DNA of 64,000 bases from an uncultured delta proteobacterium (GTDB lineage Bacteria > Desulfobacterota > Binatia > UBA9968): the NCBI GenBank assembly GCA_963745835.1, contig CAVUZH010000005.1:153267-217266 (forward strand), written 5' to 3'. Of the stretch, positions 40,459 to 50,272 are shown piece by piece (position 1 is the stretch's first letter; each line of letters opens with the position of its first letter). The notes below the pieces were generated by a model. It was not told where the DNA came from, made no database searches, and saw only the letters and a program-made list of their open reading frames with translations. The translations under genes were made by a program, and so were the position numbers.

Positions 40459-41721
40459 ATGAACGAAGCGCACTCGTTTGCACCGCTGCTGATTGTCGTC
40501 ATGCTGGCGTTACTGGTGCCGCTGCTGCTCTCGTCGGTGCGCGGCCGGCTGGCGGTGCCTATAGTCGTCGGTGAAATCGTTGCAGGCATGATCGTCGGCC
40601 GGAGTGGATTTGGTTGGGTTGTGCCTGAAAACGGCGCCCTCGAACTCTTGAAAGAGTTGGGTTTCGTGCTGCTCATGTTTCTTTCCGGCATGGAGATCGA
40701 TTTTCGCAGCTTGCGGCGCACCGATCCCGTTCATATGTCTCAGCAGTCGCATTGGCGCCCTCTACCTCTTGCGCTCCTGAACTTCGGAGCAACCTTAATA
40801 CTGGCGGGCGCGTTCGCCTGGGGTTTGAAGTGGATCGGAGCCACCACGGATCCCTGGATGATGGGATTGATCCTTTCGACCACAGCGTTGGGAGTGGTGG
40901 TGCCGATTCTGAAGGAATCGGAGCTCAACCAAAGCCTTTATGGACAGACAATTTTACTGGCCACCGTCATTGCCGATTTCGTCACCATGTTTTTGATCAG
41001 CGTGCTGGTCGCCGTGATCTCACGCGGCTTGACTGCCGAGATTCTCCTGGTCTTTTTACTGTTCGTGGCGTTTTTTTTCGCGGCAAGATTCGGCTCGTTT
41101 TTGAGCCGCATCGAGTCGTTGCAAAGAATCATCCAGGAACTCAGCCATGCCACGGCTCAAATCAAAGTGCGCGCGGCTTTCTCTACTTTATTGATTTTTG
41201 TCGTGCTTGCCGAAAAGCTCGGTATCGAGATCATTGTCGGCGCCTTTTTGGCGGGAGCCATCGTCGCGCTCTTGCGCACTCCCGAGGACAAAGAATTGTC
41301 CAGCCAACTCGAAGCCATCGGCTTTGGATTTTTCATCCCGATCTTTTTCATCATGGTCGGCGTCGATTTCAATCTGCCGGCACTGCTGTCCTCGAGCGGG
41401 GCGCTTCTCTCGGTGCCGCTGCTGCTGACCGCGGCGATTGCGGTAAAAATCATCCCGGCTTTGGTCTTCCGGCTCAATCATACATGGCGCGAGGCATTTG
41501 CCGCCGGCATTTTGATGTGCCCGCGCCTGTCGTTGATCATCGCCGCGGCCGCAATCGGCGAGAAGCTCGGTCTCATCGACGAATCGGTGAACGCGGGCAT
41601 CGTTTTGGTGGCGGTTGTCACAGTGACAGCGTCGCCGCTGGCATTCCTACGGGTCTATCCCGCGCGGCGGGTGAAAGTAGCGCGCGCCCCGGTGACCGAT
41701 ACCGGGCTTGCTGCGCCGTAA
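40459..41721 (+). CDS. Cation:proton antiporter (CPA2)
   Basis: VVGEIVAG, LMFLSGMEID, GFGFFIPIFF. Confidence 0.88.
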   Translation: MNEAHSFAPLLIVVMLALLVPLLLSSVRGRLAVPIVVGEIVAGMIVGRSGFGWVVPENGALELLKELGFVLLMFLSGMEIDFRSLRRTDPVHMSQQSHWRPLPLALLNFGATLILAGAFAWGLKWIGATTDPWMMGLILSTTALGVVVPILKESELNQSLYGQTILLATVIADFVTMFLISVLVAVISRGLTAEILLVFLLFVAFFFAARFGSFLSRIESLQRIIQELSHATAQIKVRAAFSTLLIFVVLAEKLGIEIIVGAFLAGAIVALLRTPEDKELSSQLEAIGFGFFIPIFFIMVGVDFNLPALLSSSGALLSVPLLLTAAIAVKIIPALVFRLNHTWREAFAAGILMCPRLSLIIAAAAIGEKLGLIDESVNAGIVLVAVVTVTASPLAFLRVYPARRVKVARAPVTDTGLAAP

Positions 41722-41994
41722 CGAACCGCGCCGGAGACTTGACGTTTGCTCGGCACGGTATGTTCCCGTGGGGCCAATTTCATCTTTCATAGTTGCTGCT
41801 TTATCTTTCCACGCTCACAAACAGGTTTTTTTCCTCATGCTCACGGGTTTTCCGCTTTTATATTAATCTTTGATTTAGTCTCGTGAAGATTGTCTAATGT
41901 TTCAAGCGGCAAGCCATTCTCGTTCCAAGAAGACCATGAGAAACGCTAACGTGACTGTTCGTCAAGCGGGAATGAGCGTCGACAAACGAGAGTC

Positions 41995-43170
41995 ATGAGC
42001 GATAAGTTTGATACGATCATAGTCGGTCTCGGCGCCACCGGAAGCGCCGCGGTTTACCAACTGGCCAGACGGCGCAACCAAGTGCTCGGCGTCGATCGGT
42101 TCTCCCCACCGCATGCTAACGGCTCGTCTCACGGTGAGAGTCGAATCATCCGCCAGGCAATCGGCGAAGGCGAGGCATACGTGCCGTTGGTCTTGCGTTC
42201 CTATGAACTTTGGCGCGAGATCGAAAGACAAGCTCGCGCGGAACTCTTGACGATTACGGGTGGTATCACTCTGGAGAGCCAAAACAGCGAGGCCGTTATG
42301 CACGGTCGGCCTGATTTCCTGGACCAGGCGATCCGTTGCGCGGAGAAATTCAACATCCGTCACCATATCCTCGAAACGTCAGACATCAAAAAACGCTATC
42401 CGCAGTTTGCCGTAACCGATGAGCGCGCTTACTTCGAATATGAAACGGGATTCTTAAGGCCGGAACTCTGTATTGAAGCGCAGCTCGATCTCGCGCGCAA
42501 GCACGGCGCCGCCGTTCACACGGACGAAATCGTCGTCTCAATCGATAATGACGGGGATTCCGGAGTGACGGTCAACACCAGCCGCGGCGCCTACTTTGCC
42601 GAGAAGGTTGTCATCGCCGCCGGCTCGTGGATCGGCGGTTTCTTGCCGCTGTCATGCGCGCATCTGTTTAAGGTGTACCGCCAGGTCATGTACTGGTTCG
42701 AGATCACGGAAGATCACCGGTCGGCATTTGCGCCCCCGGACTTTCCGATTTTCATCTGGATCTTTGGGAAGGGCGGTGAGTTCGGGTTCTATGGCTTTCC
42801 GACGCTGGACGGCAAATCGATCAAAATTGCCACCGAGCAATTCACCTCGACCGCCGATCCAGATCACGTGCAGCGTGCGGTCAGCTCGGCAGAAGAGCAA
42901 GCCATGTACAAAGACTATATCGAAGCCAGATTACCGGGTATATCTGATCGATGCGGCGCCGCGGCAAGTTGCCTTTATACTGTGACGCCCGATTCGAACT
43001 TCGTCATCGATGTTCATCCGGATGACGATCGCATTATCATTGCGTCGCCTTGTTCAGGCCATGGATTCAAACACTCGGCGGCCATCGGCGAGGCGCTGGC
43101 GGAGCAGGTCATCGACGGCAAAAGCAAGATAGATCTCAGCAGTTTCAGCCTGAAAAGATTCAAGATCTGA
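41995..43170 (+). CDS. solA: N-methyl-L-tryptophan oxidase / monomeric sarcosine oxidase family
   Basis: GLGATG, GSSHGESRIIR, CLYT, SPCSGHGFKH. Confidence 0.85.
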   Translation: MSDKFDTIIVGLGATGSAAVYQLARRRNQVLGVDRFSPPHANGSSHGESRIIRQAIGEGEAYVPLVLRSYELWREIERQARAELLTITGGITLESQNSEAVMHGRPDFLDQAIRCAEKFNIRHHILETSDIKKRYPQFAVTDERAYFEYETGFLRPELCIEAQLDLARKHGAAVHTDEIVVSIDNDGDSGVTVNTSRGAYFAEKVVIAAGSWIGGFLPLSCAHLFKVYRQVMYWFEITEDHRSAFAPPDFPIFIWIFGKGGEFGFYGFPTLDGKSIKIATEQFTSTADPDHVQRAVSSAEEQAMYKDYIEARLPGISDRCGAAASCLYTVTPDSNFVIDVHPDDDRIIIASPCSGHGFKHSAAIGEALAEQVIDGKSKIDLSSFSLKRFKI

Positions 43171-43284
43171 TCTTGTAAAACTCGACTCCTTTCTGATGAG
43201 GCCGATTTGACAGCTAGTGCCCATCAATGTAATGAGTCAGCCACGATCAAAAATGAAACAGTCACGGAATCGTAGTTACTGATT

Positions 43285-44079
43285 ATGGCATCTGCTGAAC
43301 AATTCGCCGGATATGCGGAGCTTCCCGGCGTGCGCCTCTGGTACACGGACAGCGGCGGCGACGGTGTTCCGGTCGTGCTGCTTCACGCCAACACCGGCAA
43401 CGCCGACGGCTTTCAGTACAATATTCCTGCTTTGTTTGACGCCGGCTATCGCGCCATTGCTTTTGATCGGCGCGGGTGGGGCCGCAGCACCGCGAATCCG
43501 GACACCGGCCCACAGCCCGGTACCATCGCGGAAGATCTCCACGCATTGGTGGAACACCTGAAGATCGATCGTTTTCATCTCATCGGCGTGGCGGGCGGTG
43601 GGTTTGCCGCCTACGATTACGTTCTCTGGCATCCGGAGCGGCTGCGTAGTTTGGTAGTCGCCGCCAGCGGCGGCGCTATCGTCGACGAAGAGCTGAGCAA
43701 GCTGCGCGAAAAGACGACTCTTCCAGGTTTCAGGAGCTGGCCGCCTGAGTTTCGCGAAGTCAGCATGGGCTACATGGCCACCAACCCCGAAGGCCTGAAG
43801 CGCTGGCTCGATATCCACAACAATTCGCAACAGAAAGGCGCGCCGGCGCAGCCGCAAAGAACGACGATCACGTTCGCGAAGCTTGAGACAATTCGCATAC
43901 CGACACTACTGATGCCCGGCGATCAGGATATTCAATGCCCGCCATGGGTCATGCGCCGCCAACTCGCCCATATTCCTCACGCCGAGTTCATTGTATTGCC
44001 CGAAGCCTCTCACTCGATTAACTGGGAGCAGCCCGAAGCCTTTAACCGCAAGGTCGTGGAATTCATCCGCAAGCATTAG
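43285..44079 (+). CDS. Alpha/beta hydrolase fold protein (nucleophile position Ala)
   Basis: FDRRGWGRS, LIGVAGGG, GDQD, EASHS. Confidence 0.82.
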   Translation: MASAEQFAGYAELPGVRLWYTDSGGDGVPVVLLHANTGNADGFQYNIPALFDAGYRAIAFDRRGWGRSTANPDTGPQPGTIAEDLHALVEHLKIDRFHLIGVAGGGFAAYDYVLWHPERLRSLVVAASGGAIVDEELSKLREKTTLPGFRSWPPEFREVSMGYMATNPEGLKRWLDIHNNSQQKGAPAQPQRTTITFAKLETIRIPTLLMPGDQDIQCPPWVMRRQLAHIPHAEFIVLPEASHSINWEQPEAFNRKVVEFIRKH

Positions 44080-44269
44080 CCGCGTGAGATGATGGTAAGG
44101 ACGAGCGATTCCTGTCGCGTGGCTATCACCCGACTCTCCTAGCCGCTCGACACAAGGCTTGCTGCACGGAACGGGGCGAGCTTGTTTGACTGTGGGCGAC
44201 ACATTCGGATAGTTTCCAGGCATACCGTTTGAGCGATGAAAAACGCGAGTAAATCGGAGGAAAGATAAA

Positions 44270-44560
44270 ATGATATCGCAGATTCGTATTTACACGATCA
44301 ACAAGGGTGAGATGGATAATTTTCTGAAACACTTCAAACAGGAGATCATGCCGCTGCATGAAAAGATCGGCGTACCCATCGCCGGCGCCTGGGTGAATCG
44401 GCCACAAAACGAATTCATTTGGGTTAGGACCTACAAGGATAAGGCGGAGATCGAAGCGAAGACCAAAGAATTCCAAGCCGCGGTCGCCGCTGCCGGCGTC
44501 AAACTTGGAGGCAACGTCGCGAAGATGGAAGTGCGCGATGCCGAATCGGCGTTTGCGTAG
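44270..44560 (+). CDS. NIPSNAP family protein
   Basis: MISQIRIYTINKG..F..HF, EFIWVRTY; RBS ggagg. Confidence 0.8.
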   Translation: MISQIRIYTINKGEMDNFLKHFKQEIMPLHEKIGVPIAGAWVNRPQNEFIWVRTYKDKAEIEAKTKEFQAAVAAAGVKLGGNVAKMEVRDAESAFA

Positions 44561-44855
44561 AAGCAGGTTCGACGGCGGTCACCGTCAGGCGTGTCCTCAG
44601 GCATAGAGTGAATTTAGAAGGGCTGACACTTTGCGGTTCGTTGTACATAAGCTGTCTGCCGAGTAGGTCGCCAAAGCGCGGCCCTTGCGAGTAAGTCATC
44701 GGCAGCATGAAGAGGTTTAAAGATCTCATTCAATAAGCTCGTCGTCAGTTCATCCAAGCTTAGACGAGCAAAATATTAACGGAACACCTGACCGTCTACT
44801 TTCTACTCAGGAGGATCAACCGACGATGTGGCGACGAAGCGTCATCTGATTCCCC

Positions 44856-45656
44856 ATGCGTCTAGAGGGAAAGACCGCCGTTGTCATCGGCGCCGGTCAG
44901 AGCGCGGGTGAAGGGATGGGCAACGGGCGCGCCACGGTGCTGCGATTTGCCCAGGAAGGCGCCAAAGTCATGGCTGTCGATCGCGATCTGGGATCCGCCG
45001 AGGAGACCGCGTCGATGGCCAGGCAGAGCGGCGGCATATGCGTCGCCTTCGAGGCCGATGTCACTCAGGAATCAACCCTTGCGGCAGCGCTGGCGGCTGC
45101 GCAGCAGCGTTGGGGCCGCATCGACATTCTCCATTACAATGTCGGCGTCAGCATCGCCGGCGGCGATGCGTCACTGCTCGAGTTCACCGAGGAAGCTTTC
45201 GACCGCATCAGTGCAATCAATCTGCGCGGCGCCATCATGGCCTGCAAGCACGTCCTTCCGATCATGCGGCAGCAGCGCGCCGGCGCCATCACTATGATCT
45301 CCTCCCTTGCCGCGCTGGAGAACTATCCCTTGGTCGCCTACAAGGCAACCAAGGCGGCGCTGATCGCGTTTACCAAACAAGTAGCGATTCAGAACGCCGA
45401 GTTTGGAATTCGCGCCAACGTGATCCTGCCGGGCCTGATCGACACGCCAATGGCGGTCGACACGCGCGCCCGCGCGAGCGGCAGGAGCCGCGCCGAGGTC
45501 GCCGCGGAACGCAATGCCCGCGTGCCACTGCGCCGCAAAATGGGTACGGCTTGGGACGTCGCCAATGCGGCGCTGTTCCTCGCCTCCGATGAGGCCAACT
45601 TCATCACCGGAGTGGCACTTCTCGTTGACGGCGGCGGTGCTCTCAATGTCGGGTGA
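44856..45656 (+). CDS. Short-chain dehydrogenase/reductase
   Basis: Rossmann N-terminus, YKATK, IRANVILPG, LFLASDEANFITG. Confidence 0.9.
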   Translation: MRLEGKTAVVIGAGQSAGEGMGNGRATVLRFAQEGAKVMAVDRDLGSAEETASMARQSGGICVAFEADVTQESTLAAALAAAQQRWGRIDILHYNVGVSIAGGDASLLEFTEEAFDRISAINLRGAIMACKHVLPIMRQQRAGAITMISSLAALENYPLVAYKATKAALIAFTKQVAIQNAEFGIRANVILPGLIDTPMAVDTRARASGRSRAEVAAERNARVPLRRKMGTAWDVANAALFLASDEANFITGVALLVDGGGALNVG

Positions 45657-45782
45657 GTACATGGAAACAAGGCTCAAAGTTCAGGGTTTCGCAATTCCGT
45701 CCTTGAACCTGAAAACTTGAACGAATCTTTTCGTTGAACCTTGAACGGTTGAACTTTTCTTTTTACCGATCTGGAGGGGACC

Positions 45783-46772
45783 ATGAAAGCAATGTCTTGT
45801 AAAGTAGTTGCTCTTGGCTTTGTCCTGATTTTCGGTCTTGTGGGCGTGTCCCAGGCGCAAAAACTCGTGGTCGGCTATTCCGGAATCACCGCGATACAGA
45901 CCCCCTTCTGGATCATGAATGACGCGGGCTACTTCAAGCAGGAGGGACTGGACGCGAATCTTGTTTATATCGCCGCGTCATCGACCATGGCGCAAGCGAT
46001 GATGGCCGGGGAAGTAGCGATCTCTACGGCTAACAGCCAAGCGATCATAGACACCGGCCTTCAGGGGGGCGATCTCGTGGCGGTCGGCGCGATTGTCAAT
46101 TTTGTAGCTCTGTACGTAATTGCTTCGCCAGAGATCAAGAGCGTTCAAGACCTAAAAGGCAAACCGGTGGGAGTCACACGCTTTGGCGCGACTACAGATT
46201 TCGCGATGCAGATGTTTCTGAAGAAATATGGCCTCGAGCCGGTCCGCGACGTGCCGATCATCCAGATCGGCGGCTTGCCGGAGTTGGCCGCGGGCTTATC
46301 GAACAAATCCATTTATGCCGCAGCCATGTCCTATCCCATGGGCTTGGTGGCTCAACAGGCCGGGATGAAGATGCTGGCCAATCTGGCCAAGGAGGGGATC
46401 CCCTTTGTGCATCAAGGCCTGACGACAACGGGTAAATTCCTGCGCGAACGCAGAGCCCAGGCCAAGGCATTCGTGCGCGCTTATGGCAAGGCCGTTCATT
46501 TCATGCACACACGCAAAGAGGAATCCAAGGCGATTGTATCCCGCTACACCAAGGTCACGGATCCGGCAATGCTCACGGGCACCATGCAATACGCCTATGA
46601 TTTCGTCGAGAAGATACCGCTGGTCAAGCGCGAGGCCTTTCAGGCGACCGCGGATGAGATCGGCAAGAAAAATCCCAAGGTCAAGCAAGCAAAAGTCGAG
46701 CAGTTCTATGACAACAGCCTGGTGCAGGAGTTGATCAACGAGGGTTTTTTCACCTCGCTATGGGGAAAATAG
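45783..46772 (+). CDS. ABC substrate-binding protein (NMT1/SsuA-like)
   Basis: Signal peptide, GYFKQEGLD, DLKGKPVGVTRFG. Confidence 0.85.
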   Translation: MKAMSCKVVALGFVLIFGLVGVSQAQKLVVGYSGITAIQTPFWIMNDAGYFKQEGLDANLVYIAASSTMAQAMMAGEVAISTANSQAIIDTGLQGGDLVAVGAIVNFVALYVIASPEIKSVQDLKGKPVGVTRFGATTDFAMQMFLKKYGLEPVRDVPIIQIGGLPELAAGLSNKSIYAAAMSYPMGLVAQQAGMKMLANLAKEGIPFVHQGLTTTGKFLRERRAQAKAFVRAYGKAVHFMHTRKEESKAIVSRYTKVTDPAMLTGTMQYAYDFVEKIPLVKREAFQATADEIGKKNPKVKQAKVEQFYDNSLVQELINEGFFTSLWGK

Positions 46773-46808
46773 TAAAGGCCATCCCCAGGGCGGTGTAAGT
46801 GACTGGCC

Positions 46809-46953
46809 ATCTGGGTCAGGACCTACAAGGATAAGGCGGAGCTCGAAGCGAAGATCAAAGAATTCCAAAGCCGCGGTCGCCGCTGCCGGCGTCAAACTTG
46901 GAGGCAACGTCGCGAAGAAGGAAGTGCGCGATGACGAATCGGGGTTTGCGTAG
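46809..46953 (+). pseudogene. Close copy of 3' half of NIPSNAP gene
   Basis: ggacctacaaggataaggcggag...tttgcgtag nearly identical to 44418-44560 with one extra base. Confidence 0.88.
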
Positions 46954-47211
46954 GATTGAGCGGAGTGAGTGATTGAACCCTCGGATGGGACGTAGGGCAA
47001 GCTGTTCTGAACGAGTTGAACAACTCCCGAGTTTGTACAGCCCGATGATGATTGTCAGCGAACACGCCGGCGGTTCTCACGAATGATCGGAAATTTGGCA
47101 ACGGAGTAGCAACAATTAGTCAAGAGAAAGCCTGACGCTGCTCCTACTCCTGCCGGCAATTTTCTTCCCATCCTCTGGACCGCTCGGCTTGCGCTGTTTA
47201 GAGTGAAGATT

Positions 47212-47934
47212 GTGGAGCCTGTAAAGCTCGAAGTCTTTTCGGACTACGTTTGACCATTCTGCTGGCTGGCGGAGCCGGCCATTCGTGAGTTGGAAAAGAA
47301 GGATCCAGCTGTCGCTATCGTCTGGCGCGCCTTCGAGCTGCGTCCGGACCCGGTGCCGACGCTCGATCCCGACGGCGACTATTTGCACAATGTTTGGGGC
47401 AGCTCGGTCTACCCTCTCGCAGAACAGTTGGGCATCGACATCAAGCTTCCACCCGTACAGCCGCACTCGCGCCGCGCGCATGAAGCCGCGCACTGGGCGC
47501 GGCGCCATGGCAAGTTCCGGGAGTATAACGACGCGCTGTTTCGCGCGTTCTTCCAACGTGGCGAGGACATCGGCAATATCGATGTGCTGACTCGCTTGGC
47601 GTCGGATATGGCGCTGGACGGCGACGACTTGCGAGAGGCGCTCGATAACCATCTGCACCTGGAAAATGTGCTCGCGGATGAGCAGGAGGCAAAGAAGCTG
47701 GGACTCAGGGGAGTTCCCGCTTTCATCGCGAATCGGAAAATCGCGCTAAGCGGCGTGCAATCTCTGGACAGTCTGCAGAAGTTCGTCGAACACGCAGGCT
47801 CTTTATCTCGTAGAACGCTGCAAGCCGCCCTAAGCAGGCGGTTGAAAAAGGCCCACCTGCGTTGTTGCGCTCGATCGCCTCGCTTCAACGTATTAATCAA
47901 TACGCCTCCGCTCGTCGATTGCTCGCGCGCCTAG
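47212..47934 (+). CDS. DsbA/FrnE family oxidoreductase, probable selenoprotein (UPFC)
   Basis: Frame VKLEVFSDYV-TGA(47251)-PFCWLAE continues into ORF 47290..47934 (WRAFELRP, GVPAF); C-terminus runs into the MITE. Confidence 0.8.
47263..47281 (+). promoter_or_regulatory. Candidate bacterial SECIS hairpin
   Basis: tggctgg-cggag-ccggcca stem-loop; loop starts 16 nt after the TGA. Confidence 0.55.
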
Positions 47935-47959
47935 CATCTGGACCTTTTTGAACAGCCTG
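47835..47959. mobile_element. 125-bp MITE-like element, copy 2
   Basis: Same length and ends as 17967-18091. Confidence 0.75.
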
Positions 47960-48110
47960 GAATCAGGGTTTCAGGATGATCGAGAGAATTACCCGCTCCT
48001 GGTGAGCCACCGATCCATTGAACGACTAAACGATTTGAACACGTTCACTCTGTTGGAACGTTGAGACAATTGGAACATTTGGAACTACTGGAACGTAAGA
48101 CTTCAGAGTG

Positions 48111-48623
48111 CTACAGGATGATGCTCACCGCTCCATGCTCGCTCAGCGCTTCGAGGTCGAGAACGGCTTTCCGGTGCAGGATCTTTAACTCTCCGTCCAC
48201 CCGTTTAAGTCTGTGCTCGTAGCAACCCACATAGGGGCTCGATTCTCCCATGCGGAAACGATAGACGAGAAACGAGGAAGTCGCGACGATGGCGCCGTCT
48301 TCTACTTTGATTCGTATATTAGAAATGAAGCGCCGGGTACGCGACGAAGGATATTCTCTGTGGCCGTGGCGGCTCTTCAGCCTCTCTACCCGAGCGCGCA
48401 GCCGCACCATGTCGTCGTCGATAAAGACTAAGTCCTTGCGAGGATCTCCTTCCGGGAGATCCGTGGTCGGCACCAGATATCTGCCGTCGGCGGTGAAAAG
48501 TGCCAACCACTCATCCAGCCGCCATGCATCCAGTAGCGCCGCCTCCTGGTAAAGAAAGTCCTCCACCATCTCGCGCAAAGCGGGTGCGCTGCCATCGTTT
48601 CCGGCGGAGCTTGCTTCCGGCAT
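48111..48623 (-). CDS. Aromatic ring-hydroxylating dioxygenase beta subunit
   Basis: FLYQEAALLD.W...WL.LF, PSSRTRRFISN. Confidence 0.9.
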   Translation of the reverse strand: MPEASSAGNDGSAPALREMVEDFLYQEAALLDAWRLDEWLALFTADGRYLVPTTDLPEGDPRKDLVFIDDDMVRLRARVERLKSRHGHREYPSSRTRRFISNIRIKVEDGAIVATSSFLVYRFRMGESSPYVGCYEHRLKRVDGELKILHRKAVLDLEALSEHGAVSIIL

Positions 48624-48637
48624 AATTGCTTTTGTTG

Positions 48638-49945
48638 TTAGCGAGCCAGCGCCGCCTTCTCCCTGATCACCGGGTCGTTTGTTTCAACCTTGCCAAGCCC
48701 TGACATGTGGCCGAACCACTGGCGCCAGAACGCTCGCAGCTGAAGCTCGTCCTCGGCGATCGCTTCGCGGTGCATGCCTCTGGATAGTTCGGACCATTCG
48801 ACACCCTCGGCTTTATAACCCGCTTGACAGGATTCGATCGCTTCGACGTCGTCCGGTGTCGCGAATCCTCCCGGCCCATGGAACGTGAGGAAATTGTCCA
48901 GCCGGCGCGCGAGGAGTTCGGGCTTCTCTTCTTTTGGGGCGAGTTGCCAGGCGGTCACGTCCATCAGGTCCGGAGCCAGAGGCCAGAATATTCTTACCGT
49001 GATATCGATGGAGTCGATGATGAGGAGATTGGGATAGACCAGAAGATTGCGGCTGATATCGGCCATATGCCGAGCCTTCTGCTCGCCGAACTTCCGCACC
49101 AGCCCTGAGCGGATCGCGGCGATTTCCTCCTTGTTCTCTTCCCCGAAGAGCGGGCTCCAACGAGCAATCGGCCGGCCCCTGATCCCGTCGTGTTCCTCCA
49201 CCGCATGACCGTTGCCGAGGACAAGGGCCGGCCGGCTGAAGGCGGTTTGCACGCTGCTGGTATTGATCCCCAGGCTATTTACATATTCGAAGTACGTCTT
49301 GTGAGTCGGTCTGACGTGGTATCCATCCAGACTGTTCTCGACCAGCAGCTTCCAGTTGGCCTTGATCGAATATCGATTGGAACCGGGGATGATCCTCATG
49401 CCTTTTTCGGTCTGGTCGACGATAAGATCCAGATACTCCCGAGCTTCCGCTAGATAGTTCACGAGTTCTTCGACATCGGGATTGAAGCTGACAAAGACAA
49501 AACCGCGGTAACTGTCCACCCGCGGCGGCGGCTTGAGGCCCATCTCCGCTCGGTTAAAACACTGACCGTAGCCGGCCTCATCCGGCACGCCGACGAGGTC
49601 GCCCTGATTGTTGAAGCTCCAGGCATGATAGAAGCACTGCAAGACGTCGGCATGCCCCTGGTCGTGCCGGCAAATCAGCGCCCCTCTGTGCGTGCAGGTG
49701 TTCAGGAAAACCCGCAGCTTGCCGTCGCTGCCGCGGATAAAGAAAAGCGGCCTCCCCGCTACATTGCGGCGCCGGTAGTCGCCCCGGTTCTCTACTTCGG
49801 ATTCGTGGCACAGATAGAGCCAGCATTTGTTGAATATCCGCTCCTGCTCCATCCGAAGAATCTCGAGCGATGTCATGGCGGAGCGATGGACGCGGAATAT
49901 ACCGTCCGCCGGCTTATCTATGATCATACGATCAAGCTCTAACAT
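48638..49945 (-). CDS. Aromatic ring-hydroxylating dioxygenase alpha subunit (benzoate/p-cumate-like)
   Basis: CTHRG, CFYHAW, NWKLLVENSLDGYH..TH, GPGGFATPDD. Confidence 0.9.
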   Translation of the reverse strand: MLELDRMIIDKPADGIFRVHRSAMTSLEILRMEQERIFNKCWLYLCHESEVENRGDYRRRNVAGRPLFFIRGSDGKLRVFLNTCTHRGALICRHDQGHADVLQCFYHAWSFNNQGDLVGVPDEAGYGQCFNRAEMGLKPPPRVDSYRGFVFVSFNPDVEELVNYLAEAREYLDLIVDQTEKGMRIIPGSNRYSIKANWKLLVENSLDGYHVRPTHKTYFEYVNSLGINTSSVQTAFSRPALVLGNGHAVEEHDGIRGRPIARWSPLFGEENKEEIAAIRSGLVRKFGEQKARHMADISRNLLVYPNLLIIDSIDITVRIFWPLAPDLMDVTAWQLAPKEEKPELLARRLDNFLTFHGPGGFATPDDVEAIESCQAGYKAEGVEWSELSRGMHREAIAEDELQLRAFWRQWFGHMSGLGKVETNDPVIREKAALAR

Positions 49946-50272
49946 GGCGTGCCCCTCGTGCGTTACATCGACCACGAACAATGTGAACGGTTGGAACTAT
50001 AAAAGCCGTAAACCGGCTGGAACTGTGTTCGCCGGCAGAGAGATACGACACACGTATATCATGCTAGCCCGCATTATTCACGGTCCGGTGAAAAGCCGAG
50101 CAGAGTGTTCGTCCAATGGAGTAAGCAACTGTGAGTTCGGTTTAAACATTCAAATCGTTCAAGCCGTGCAAACCCGGACATCTTGTCGCTTGTCTTCCTT
50201 AGCGACACGGGGAGAATGCAGGAGAGGGTTGGAACTGCTGAAACCTTGGAACGACGTGGCGAAGCCTAATAA

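Noticed and set aside
40752-41792. Long alternative-frame and antisense ORFs (also 3433-4512, 31380-32207, 55277-56278)
   Set aside because: Shadow ORFs over well-supported genes, expected in GC-rich DNA; no motifs
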